A stretch of 64,000 nucleotides of DNA from the NCBI GenBank assembly GCA_019651595.1, contig BOYQ01000004.1, forward strand, positions 40,534 to 104,533. Reading direction: 5' to 3'. Source of the stretch: Candidatus Poseidoniales archaeon (GTDB lineage Archaea; Thermoplasmatota; Poseidoniia; Poseidoniales; Poseidoniaceae). The position numbers and the translations under genes are program-made. Below the pieces are notes generated by a model. That model was not told the origin of the DNA, did no database searches, and saw only the letters and a program-made list of their open reading frames with translations. Shown here in pieces: positions 46,795 to 55,508 of this stretch (position 1 is the stretch's first letter; every line of letters begins with the position of its first letter).

Positions 46795-47645
46795 ATTCAT
46801 CCTGGACGGGCAACTCTTCGACGCTCAGGATGTCGATGGAAAGCAGTCGACGGGTGTCTTTTGCAAAGTTCCGTTCCGGGACGGGTTGTACACGAACGAT
46901 GCCGTTGATTCGAGCGTAGGTTGACGATTCCAGCGCGTGCACCAAATCGTCCGCCACCGTCCCGACAATTTGGTTCGCGTTGAGCAGTTGATGAGCCGAT
47001 GTTCGCTGTTGTAGGTGATTTGGCTCATGCTGATGTCCTGCACGTCCTCGTAAACGCATTCCTCGATGACCATCCTGAAATTTGGCCGCGGTGAAACATG
47101 CCCATGGGGAGGTCTTTGGTGTCCATGTCGCTGAACACCTTGTCCAAGCAGACCCGACAGACCCGAGGGCTCTCACGCTCCCTCGCACGCCGCTGATTGA
47201 TGACGGTTGGTGTGCCGCAATCCAAACACTCGTAGGTGGCTTGCTTGAGCCACCCGTAAGGCTGCGAGACCTCGTTGATTTTGACGTCCAAGCACACCAA
47301 ATCGTTGCGGTCTCGCATGCGGAGCTCGTCAACACGATTGAGGTAGTTCTCAGGTAGCCCGACCACGCGGATGACCGGACGGGTGGGGATGTTGTTGGCG
47401 TCGAATTGCTCACGCATGATGCGGTGCCCCAGCTCAAGCGCTCGCGTTGGGTTCTCATGGAACATGTGACGCAGCGTGGGTTGCTGGTCGATGAGGTGAT
47501 GCTCGACGTGAAAACCGTGAACGCTGTCCTCCATGCCATGGAGGCGGGCGATGTCGGCTTTGTAGTTGGAAACGATGACCGTTTTCCACTCTCGGAGGGC
47601 GGCCTGTTCTTCGGGATCAATCTTGACGTTCTTCGGTGGAGGCAT
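46781..47645 (-). pseudogene. MCM N-terminal-domain-only gene (helical bundle plus C4 zinc finger/OB), at least 2 frameshifts
   Basis: ORF 47025..47645 reads ..RVVGLPENYLNRVDELRMRDRNDLVCLDVKINEVSQPYGWLKQATYECLDCGTPTV..RVCRVCLDK (CxxC-x18-CxxC). It continues in other frames as FRMVIEECVYEDVQDISMSQ and NANQIVGTVADDLVHALESSTYARINGIVRVQPV. No AAA+ domain follows; it stops at 46781 against the tyrS 3' end. Confidence 0.5.
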
Positions 47646-47789
47646 GGAGTTTCCCCGCTTGTGGGACGGTTCATAATCCTACCCTCCACCGCTCCGAAAG
47701 AAGGCTCGGGGTTGAGACGCCATGCGGTGTAGTGGCAAGGTTCATGAATTGAGTCCCGGTGCAAAAGTTGCAAACTGGAGTGACCGTTC

Positions 47790-48525
47790 ATGCCCAACAT
47801 CATCGTCCTCGTCAAGCAAGTTCCCGACACCAACGCCAAGATCGTCGTCAACGGCGATCGAGTTGACCTTTCCACCGCGAAAATGGTGATGAGCCCCTAC
47901 GACGAATTCGCCGTTGAAACGGCCCTCAAGCACAGGGAAGCAGCGGGCGGGGAGGTCACAGCGCTGACCGTCGGCGGTGCTGGAGCTGAGAAATCCTGAA
48001 GGACGCCAAGGCCATCGGCGTCGATCACATCGGTTCGAATCGACGCCACCGGCGACATGGATTCGAACGCCCTGCAGAGCGTCCTTGCCCCGCCGTCGCC
48101 GAACTGGGCGGCGAGGTGGTGTACTGTGGGAAATCAGCGGCCGACACCGGCGCTGGCTCAACTGGACCCGGTGTGGCTGAACGCATGGGCTGGGCCTCGG
48201 TGTCCAACATCGTGGGCGCCTCGTTCTCCGACGGCGTCAACGTCGTCATGCCGAGCGGTGGTGGCAACGCTCAGGTCAGCGTCCCCCTTCCAGCGGTCGT
48301 GTCGTGCGACAAAGGGGATTTCAAGGTCCGAAAGCCCAACGGAAGGGCATCATGCAAGCCAAGAAGGCAAGTGTGGACGTTCGTTCTATAGAGGCTCCAG
48401 CATCAACCGTCTCCATCGTCAACCACGCCCTGCCACCCGCCAAACCAGCGGGGAAGAGCTACCAGGGCGGTGCAGCCGCTGCTGAAGTCGCACAGTTGCT
48501 TCGTGATGAAGCCAACGTCCTATGA
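47790..48525 (+). pseudogene. etfB: Electron transfer flavoprotein beta subunit, at least 4 frame disruptions
   Basis: MPNIIVLVKQVPDTNAKIVVNG..MSPYDEFAVETALK (ORF 47790..47999). Continues as ILKDAKAIGVDHI, DMDSNALQSVLAP, VVYCGKSAADTGAGSTGPGVAERMGWASVSNIV.., and GIMQAKKASVDVRS..QLLRDEANVL*, spread over all three frames. Confidence 0.8.
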
Positions 48526-48534
48526 GGTGATTCC

Positions 48535-49451
48535 ATGACACAAACCATCGTAATTGCAGAAATGAACAACAACGCCGTCCACCCGAGCACCGCAGAATTG
48601 GTGAGCGCCGCCAAAATTCTTGGCGGAGAACCCACCTTGTCGTGCCCTGCACGGACGCAAGCCAGGCCAGCGGCGCTGCCGGCATGGGGGCAGGGAACAT
48701 CATCGCCGCCAAGGCCGAAGCCTTCAGCCACTACGACGCCAGCGGATGGGCAGCCGCCCTCGACGCCGTTGTCCCCCAAGGCACCGTGATCACGGGCGCC
48801 AGCCCGCAATCCAAGGACCTCGCAGCCCGCTTTGCCGCTCGACGAAACCTCTCGGTCGTTCAGGATGCGGTGAACATCGAAGGGACGACCATCACGTCGC
48901 CGGTCTACAGCGGGAAAGCCATGCAAACCGTGGCCGTCAGCGGTCCCGTCGTCGTCTCGGTTCGCTCCAACGTGTTCGCTCCGTCCGAGGGCGGCGCCAC
49001 CGATGTGGCCGTCATCGACACCACCGGCAACGTGGCCACCTCCGTTAAGGAATTCATGGCTCGTGCGTCGAACGCCTCGACGTGCCGAAGCCAACATCAT
49101 CATCTCCGGTGGCCGCGCATGGGCTCACCTGACAATTTCACGCACCTCGAAGCCATGCCGACACCATCGGTGCTGCCGTTGGCGCTTCTCGCCGCCGTGG
49201 ACTCCTGGGAGCCATTCCTCACTCGATGCAAGTGGGCCAGACGGGAAAACCGTCAATCCCAACCTCTACATCGCCGTCGGAATTTCAGGCGCCATCCAGC
49301 ACCCGCCGGCATGCGGTCCTCTGAAGTACATCGTCGCCATCAACAAGGACGCCGACGCTCCAATCTTCCAACACGCCGACTACGGCATCGTTGCAACGTG
49401 GAGGATGCCCTGCCCGTGCTTCACGAGAGCCTCAAAGGCATGATGGCCTGA
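48535..49451 (+). pseudogene. etfA: Electron transfer flavoprotein alpha subunit, at least 4 frame disruptions
   Basis: MTQTIVIAEMNNNAVHPSTAELVSAAKILGGEPTL; [42 protein letters not shown]; ANIIISGGR; [17 protein letters not shown]; [21 protein letters not shown]; [11 protein letters not shown]. These pieces lie in alternating frames. Confidence 0.8.
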
Positions 49452-50213
49452 TCAGGCGTACTTCCCAAAACCGTACGTCCCTCCCACCAGCGGGAGTCGC
49501 CTACAAACGGGTTGGTTCGTTTCTCGTGCCCGATGGTCGTCAGTGGACCGTGCCCGGATGGACCACGGTGTCTTCGTCCAGTGGCCACATTGGGTGTGAA
49601 TGGACCGAGCCAGAAGGTCAAAATCACCGCCGGAATTGGCATATCGGTTCGACCAACCGACCCTGCGAAGAGCGTGTCGCCCACGAAGACATGGTCGGGC
49701 CGTTCTCGACGGAACCAGAAGGCAACACCTCGCAAGGGTGTGGCCGGGTGTGAAGAACGCTCAGTTCGAGCGTTCCAAAAGCGTACGTTTTCCCGCTTCG
49801 AAGGCGCAGTCCGCCTCGGCAGGTTCCGGCAGCGAAAGTCCGTAGCGACGCCCGGAGGCCTGGGCGAGGGTCTGAAGAAAATCGTCATCAGGATGGAGGT
49901 ACCATTCCACGCCGTAGTGCTCTCGAAGCACTGGAATGAAGCCGCTGTGGTCAAAGTGTGCGTGGGTGTTGACGAGCGCCACCACCCGTCGGTTTGGAAG
50001 ACCTCGTTCCTCGGCCACCGCAGCGTTGTCTGGACCCGTGGTCCAGTTGGGCCCCGGCCCCTCAAAGCCGTCAACCCAATCGATGATGCGTTGTGGCTCG
50101 TCGCCGCCGTCAATGATGATGGTGTCGCCGCTCACAGGGTCGGTCACCACCGAACAGCGCATCTGGAGTGGACCAACGAAGAAGTGGTCAATCCACGGTT
50201 CACGCAGGGCCAT
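49421..50213 (-). pseudogene. Metallo-beta-lactamase-fold hydrolase (glyoxalase II-like), at least 3 frame disruptions
   Basis: MALREPWIDHFFVGPLQMRCSVVTDPVSGDTIIIDGG..ALVNTHAHFDHSG (HxHxDH). Then FVGDTLFAGSVGRTD, GGDFDLLARSIHTQ, LDEDTVVHPG and GHGPLTTIGHEKRTNPF lie in different frames. One junction looks like GGC(C)ACGG. Confidence 0.75.
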
Positions 50214-50235
50214 GACTCGCCGAGGTTGCCCCCCT

Positions 50236-51732
50236 TCATGAGGTTGAGCCATCGACGATGGACACGACCAACGCATCCGTGGTCCACGAACCCTGCCGGT
50301 CGACCACCCGCAGTTCGAATCGATGACGGCCGAGGGCAATTTGAGTTTCACCTGCGCAACGTCGGCAAGTTCCTGTCCGCGGTCATCGCACCACGACCAC
50401 GTGGCGATTTGGTCCTGAGGATCGTACGATCCGCGCCCGTCGAGAAGGACGATGCAGGTCCCATCATCATCGGCCACATGCCGCTGGTCGTCGCCTGCCA
50501 CCGCACGCGGGGCGATGAACTCCTCCACGGATGCGGAGAGGGCGTCGAGCAGGGACCCCGTTTCTTCCAAAGTCAAGTCTCACCGGACTGAAGTGCTTCC
50601 ATCAATTCATCTTCAGTGGGCCCTTCGCTGGATGGTTCATGGCGGCCACCTCACCGTCCATCGCTTCCAACAGCGATGCGTGAGCGACCTCCGGTTGACC
50701 GGTTCGCATGTGCTCCTGTTCTTCGTCGGTCAGGAAGGTGAGAACATCTCGTCGTCGCCGTAGAGTTCCTCGGCCGACAACGGCGAAGCGACCGCCTCTT
50801 CTTGGAACCAGAGGGTCAATTCAGCGGCATCGAGGTCTTCAACCGGCAACGAAGGTCGACCCAACCAATGGGCTCTGCAGCGGTGTAGTCGTTCTGGTCG
50901 TCGCCTGCGAACACCAAGCCTCCCAAACGCTCGGATGTGCACATCAAACGGGGCATGCCCTGGTGCTCGATTTTCCAGGGCTGTTCATCATGAAGACCGT
51001 GAACGTAAAACCACGAACTGGCGATGACTTCGAAATTCTGTTCGAGGCACGCAAACACCGCATACCCCGTCTCGAGAACGGGTTCCATGCGTCCGTCCTC
51101 GTGAAGGCGGTGAACGGAACCGTCATCAAAGCCAAGGATCGCCCCTGAAGAAGATGGAGAAGATGTAAGCAATCGCCTACGTAGGTCCTCTCGCACAATC
51201 AGCCGGTCGTTTTCCCAGAACTCGAACTCGATGGCTTCCTCCTCACCCGCCACAAGAGCGTGCCCCTCACGGGTCAAGAAAAGACGTCCTGACGTCGTCA
51301 ACCCCATCGCCGTGATACGCTCGCCGTGAACCCCACGAGCCGGTCGCCTCCAGACCACGCTCTGCCCTCGCAAGCCAGAACCGTGCCGTTCTGTTCTGCG
51401 ATGAACACGCGCTGGTCATGAACTTCCACGTGGACCACGTCGTCCAGCCCGTGAGTCTGAGAGAGACTGACGGACGGTCGGCCTCGCTGGACAAGAACAA
51501 CTTCACCCATGCCGGTGAGCACCGCCAATTTCAGACCCATCGGACGACAGGTCTGGACGCCGCCGTCAATGTCTTGGGTTTCAATCGGGCTTCCGTCGAG
51601 GTCGTGGAAGGCCAATGAACCAAGCTCGTCACCGACCACCAAGCCATCACGATGAAACCCAAGATACGACACTTGATGGGGAGCCATCCAAAACCTGAGC
51701 GTTTCAAATTCACCACCGGAATAACGACCCAT
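50236..51732 (-). pseudogene. Repeat (propeller-like) - acidic linker - PKD-like domain protein, many frame disruptions; extent approximate
   Basis: Fragments: ORF 51298..51732 and ORF 50816..51373 (repeated ..G.V..L....G.. blades); LSAEELYGDDE / VLTFLTDEEQEHMRTGQPEV / TEDELMEALQSGE; DDGTCIVLLDGRGSYDPQDQIATWSWCDDRGQEL.. then LGRHRFELRVVDRQGSWTTDALVVSIVDGSTS* (PKD-like; stop at 50236). Confidence 0.4.
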
Positions 51733-51885
51733 GCAAACTTTCGTTGCCCCTCAACCCAAGCAAGACGGCCGGATGACTCACCCAAGGGCCCAAAAGATTC
51801 CCCCAGGTGGGCGAACAAGGGAAACGGGTGTGTGAGCCCATGAACCGACACGGGACGGTCGTAAAAAAGAACTCGGGTGCAGGGC

Positions 51886-53340
51886 TCAAAGCGCTTCGTC
51901 GTTGTAAAGGTCGATGACGGCATCGTAAAGTGAGTTTGGGCCCTTGGCAGCATCGTTTCGAGCATCGTAGAGTTTCTGCAATAGGCGTCGTCAATGTCCC
52001 CCGTGATGTATTCACCGTTGGCAACTCGCATCAAACGCCTTGACGCGGAGGTCTCCGGGAGGGTGACGTCGTCAAATCCTAAAGGGTTTGATAAAAAGGG
52101 CGATCCCCCAATGGTCGGGTTTGATCTCTTCGATGCTTCACCGTTGGGATAATTTCGTTGACGGCCGGCATGTCGATGCCGTCCCGTTGGGGTGCCGAAC
52201 CGGCGGCGCTGCGGAAGGAAGTAGACTTGGCGGCGCCGACTTTCCCCCATCTCAAATGTCGCTGGTGGCCCCCCGAACGATGGAGCCCGGCCAAAGAATT
52301 TTTCCAGGGAAATTTCGTTCAAGGCGTTGTTTTTGCGGCGGAGGGATTTTTCCCGCAGGGCCTGACCTGGCATATGAACGTACGGCCCACATAGGGGTTT
52401 TTTTGACAAACCCCCCTCCCAGGGGGGGTTCAACGCTTTCGCCATTTAATTTAATTACCGGAATCGGGGATTGGAATCACGACGTCAATGTCGTGGTCCG
52501 GCCAAGATTCAGCATTCGTTCAGCGCCGTTGCCCTTTGGTTCAATCGCTTGAAAAGGGCACCCGTCATGACGGAATCGGGGCGTGCAAGAAACGTATTCG
52601 GATACGGCACCCCGCCGGTTCAGAGCACTGGCGCAAAAACAAATGCCCGGGACGCATGATGGGAACGCCTCACCCGGCAGGATATCCCTGTTTTCGGCCG
52701 AGCGCCGTGATGGCACACTTTCACTGGCCACGATGTATTCGGGACCCCCGGTTTCCCCTTCCCCTATACCAGAACGCCGTTGGGGGAGGAAAGGGCCCGC
52801 AACCACCGAAAAAGACCAAACGGGTAATCCAACCCGACGTTTACGGCGCCACCGCACCAAACACCGTCTCAATGTTCATTGGGGTCGCCTAATGCGCAGG
52901 GAAGAACTGCGCTCACCCAATTCAACGGCCAGGGCGTTGAGGAGGAGTTCTGAGTCACTCGTGGTGTTGATGTGGCGCATGCAGTCGTCGCGCAGAAATT
53001 TCCCGAGGGCCTCGGCATTCGTGAGGTTGCCGTTGTGAGCGAGCGCAATCCCGTAGGGTGAATTGACGTAGAAGGGCTGAGCCTCCGCTCTTGAGGAAGA
53101 CCCGGCAGTGGGGTACCGAACGTGGCCAATGCCAACGTTGCCCTCCAGTCGAAGCATGTGGCGCTTGAAGAAGACATCTGCCACCAAGCCGTTGGACTTT
53201 CGCAGTCGGAAGTGCCCGTCGGTATCGGTGAGAATTCCCGCAGCGTCTTGACCGCGGTGCTGGAGAACGGTCAACCCGTCATACAGCAATTGATTCACAT
53301 GTGCTCCTTGATGGCCAACAATGCCAAGGATGCCACACAT
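51886..53340 (-). pseudogene. purF: Amidophosphoribosyltransferase, heavily disrupted (many frame changes, AT-rich lesion with stops)
   Basis: [64 protein letters not shown] (intact to 52876). Recognisable pieces then appear in shifting frames: EYIVASES, RDILPGEA, DIDVVIPIPDSGN, AKALNPPWEGGL, YVGRTFI.PGQALREKS.RRK.NALNE, SIVRGATS, GIDMPAVNE.I, GEYITGDIDDAY, LQKLYDARNDAAKGPNSLYDAVIDLYNDEAL* (stop at 51886). Confidence 0.75.
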
Positions 53341-53397
53341 GGGTTCGCCTCGTACCAACCAAGCCAAGGTTGCTTCTTATCGTTGCGATGAAAAAAT

Positions 53398-53556
53398 TCA
53401 GGCCTTGGGGCGGTGGGTCTTCTTGGACCAGTTGTACTTGCGGATCTTGGAGGTCTCTCCGTATCCGCAGGATGCGCACACCTTCTTTTGCTTGTGATAC
53501 GCATTGCGACCGCAGCGACGGCAGCGAATGTGGGTGGTCTTTTGGCGTCGACCCAT
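53398..53556 (-). CDS. rpl37e: Ribosomal protein L37e (52 aa; below ORF-track size cut-off)
   Basis: Hand translation: [52 protein letters not shown]. This is the L37e zinc-ribbon pattern C.RCG...H......C..CGY. Confidence 0.85.
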   Translation of the reverse strand: MGRRQKTTHIRCRRCGRNAYHKQKKVCASCGYGETSKIRKYNWSKKTHRPKA

Positions 53557-53646
53557 GGATGGTGTACCTTTGGACATGCGCTCACCTGAACGACTCGCCC
53601 ACCGACCTCCTCCTTATGAACTCAACGGCAGAGTCCGTGGAGCCCT

Positions 53647-54108
53647 TCACTCCTCTTCAAAGTGGATGGTTCGGCTTGGCCCGTTCATGATGCTGGCGAA
53701 CAGTGTCCCCGCCACCACGACCGTTGCGAGCCCGAAGCCGAGTACCGTTGTGCCAAAGCGAATGATGTTGGAGAGCGCCTGAGCCCGAACCGACCCGTTG
53801 TCCTCCATCAGCAGTTCACCTTGGGAGAGGAAGAACACCGTCAGAGCGAAACCGAGGCCGACGCTCAACCCCATTCCCAACAGGGGTGCGAACGGACGTT
53901 TTCGTGCATCGCCGTACACGAACAGCGTGAGCAACAGCATGAATGAGAACAGGGTGAAAGAGGTGAGCATGGCATTCGCAAACCGAACCAAGGTACCCTC
54001 GGGCTGAACCCCTGACAGGGCAGCCACGCCAAGAATGACGGCGGTGAACGGGAGCATCACTTTCCCGGCCGTGCGCAGAAGGGACGGGCGAGCCCTCGAT
54101 TCATTCAT
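53647..54108 (-). CDS. Small polytopic membrane protein, unknown function
   Basis: 4 hydrophobic helices (MLPFTAVILGVAAL, SFTLFSFMLLLTLFVY, LLGMGLSVGLGFALTVFFL, VLGFGLATVVVAGTLFA). The ATG at 54108 overlaps the upstream stop. Confidence 0.5.
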   Translation of the reverse strand: MNESRARPSLLRTAGKVMLPFTAVILGVAALSGVQPEGTLVRFANAMLTSFTLFSFMLLLTLFVYGDARKRPFAPLLGMGLSVGLGFALTVFFLSQGELLMEDNGSVRAQALSNIIRFGTTVLGFGLATVVVAGTLFASIMNGPSRTIHFEEE

Positions 54109-54898
54109 CCTCAATCACCCTCCCGAGGTTCTTGGCGATCGTCGTGCTGGCTTGAGCCAACTGGTCAGCGGTCGGTGGTGCCAGTTGCGGCGGGGCGGGT
54201 TGTTGCGATTCGTAGACCGCCAACACCACGGCAAACACCAGCACGGCGGCAGCGGCTCCAACCAACGCACCGAACAGGTCGGCAGCGGCCAACAGCACCT
54301 CGCTCGCGAACACCTCGTGCTGGACGTTCGGCCCGTCGAGGACGGACCCGAGCAGCAGCAGGACGGCCGAAAATCCTGCCAACATCAGCATGAGACGCCG
54401 TTCCTGCAGCCTGTCCTCACCAACCAGACCGACCACGGTAGCCGCCCCTGCGCCGCACGCCAGCACACCCAGCAGCATCGTCGGCCAAAAGATGAGCCAG
54501 TACCGATTCACCTCACCGGGGTACGTTGGGGTCAGAACCCACCAGTGCATGGCCTCCAGCCACAGAACGCCGACCAGCACCATGGCCACGCCGGTCCTGC
54601 GGTCACCACGGGACAGTTGGCCGACAGGTACGTTGCCCGAGAACGTGATGAGGTAGAAGCCGATGCCCAGAAGAACGGCAGGACCGACCAGGCTCCCGAG
54701 GAGATGGCCAAACGCACTGGATGGAGAAAAAGCGAGCGTCCATGGCGTGGCCATCAGCGACAGCAACCCCAGCGCAACCATGCCCGAGCCGGTTCGTCGA
54801 TGCCAGCCAACCTTCGAAAACAAAGCCAGCATCATGCCCGTCAAGACAAACAGGCCAGCAAGCCAGAAGAAAACGAAGGCTTGCGTCGCCTCTTCCAT
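54101..54898 (-). CDS. Polytopic membrane protein, unknown function
   Basis: MEEATQAFVFFWLAGLFVLTGMMLALF followed by at least 7 helices. The start at 54898 is supported by TATA-like CTATAAAT about 25 nt upstream. Confidence 0.55.
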   Translation of the reverse strand: MEEATQAFVFFWLAGLFVLTGMMLALFSKVGWHRRTGSGMVALGLLSLMATPWTLAFSPSSAFGHLLGSLVGPAVLLGIGFYLITFSGNVPVGQLSRGDRRTGVAMVLVGVLWLEAMHWWVLTPTYPGEVNRYWLIFWPTMLLGVLACGAGAATVVGLVGEDRLQERRLMLMLAGFSAVLLLLGSVLDGPNVQHEVFASEVLLAAADLFGALVGAAAAVLVFAVVLAVYESQQPAPPQLAPPTADQLAQASTTIAKNLGRVIEDE

Positions 54899-54918
54899 GG
54901 CCCGTGCTGACCTCCCAG

Positions 54919-54926
54919 ATTTATAG
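54919..54926 (-). promoter_or_regulatory. TATA-like CTATAAAT (minus strand) upstream of the 54898 gene
   Basis: 21-28 nt upstream of ATG 54898. Confidence 0.4.
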
Positions 54927-54984
54927 AGAATCCCTAAAACGCCGCCGCAGTGCATTGATTCTGTCCAAAACGCATGGCGGAGGG

Positions 54985-54994
54985 CATAAATACC
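54985..54994 (+). promoter_or_regulatory. TATA-like CATAAATACC upstream of the rpl44e-rps27e-aIF2a-nop10 cluster
   Basis: 34-43 nt upstream of ATG 55028. Confidence 0.35.
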
Positions 54995-55027
54995 GGACCT
55001 CTGTGGGGTGAACGCTTAGGTGTTCCC

Positions 55028-55312
55028 ATGGTGAAGCGACCCCGTCAAGTTATGCGCTACAGCCCATCGGCTGGCAAGCACACCCTCCACACCGTGGAGC
55101 GTGTCAAGAAGAAGCGAGCCTCTGAGCTCCGCTGGGGTCAGCGACGCTTCCGCCGTGTCATGGCCGGGTACCGTGGTTTCCCACGTCCAAAACCTGACGG
55201 ACGTGAAAAGCCAACGAAGCGCGTCAACATTCTCTACCGCTGCACAGAAACCGGCAAAGCCCACTACGCTCCTTGCAAGCGTGCCAAGAAATTCGAACTC
55301 GTCGACCGCTGA
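55028..55312 (+). CDS. rpl44e: Ribosomal protein L44e (eL42)
   Basis: MVKRPRQVMRYSPSAGKHTLHTVERVKKKRASELRWGQRRFRRVMAGYRGFPRPKP..KPTKRVNILYRCTETGKAHY..KRAKKFELV. Confidence 0.85.
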   Translation: MVKRPRQVMRYSPSAGKHTLHTVERVKKKRASELRWGQRRFRRVMAGYRGFPRPKPDGREKPTKRVNILYRCTETGKAHYAPCKRAKKFELVDR

Positions 55313-55322
55313 GGTGCCCAAC

Positions 55323-55493
55323 ATGACCAACCAATTCCTCCGAGTGAGCTGCCGAGACTGCGGTAGTGAATCCATCATCTTCTCCCGAGCCACCACCTCC
55401 ATCGCCTGCGGCGTCTGCAGTGCCACGCTGACCAAGCCCGCCGGTGGAAAGGCTGACCTCGTCGGTTGCACCGTTGTTGAAGCATTGAACTGA
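55323..55493 (+). CDS. rps27e: Ribosomal protein S27e (56 aa)
   Basis: MTNQFLRVSCRDCGSESIIFSRATTSIACGVCSATLTKPAGGKADLVGCTVVEALN. C4 zinc-ribbon pattern CxxC...CxxC. Confidence 0.9.
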   Translation: MTNQFLRVSCRDCGSESIIFSRATTSIACGVCSATLTKPAGGKADLVGCTVVEALN

Positions 55494-55508
55494 GGAGGCT
55501 GAGCCTCC

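Noticed and set aside
46781-47875. 364-aa minus-strand ORF as a single gene
   Set aside because: Only its last ~70 residues (LNANQIVGTVADDLVHALESS..) look like protein. The rest is an out-of-frame read through the MCM-N-like gene, whose real N-terminus is ORF 47025..47645.
49761-50576. 271-aa ORF suggesting a PKD-MBL fusion protein
   Set aside because: The PKD-like part ends in another frame (..LRVVDRQGSWTTDALVVSIVDGSTS*, stop at 50236). The MBL hydrolase has its own start (MALREPW, 50213). The apparent fusion is created by a frame slip.
52409-52430. Strong G/C hairpin AACCCCCCT-CCC-AGGGGGGGTT, considered as a terminator or mobile-element end
   Set aside because: It lies inside the purF coding sequence and simply encodes ..PPWEGG.. 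of the conserved segment AKALN.PWEGGLIKN. There are no flanking repeats or element genes.
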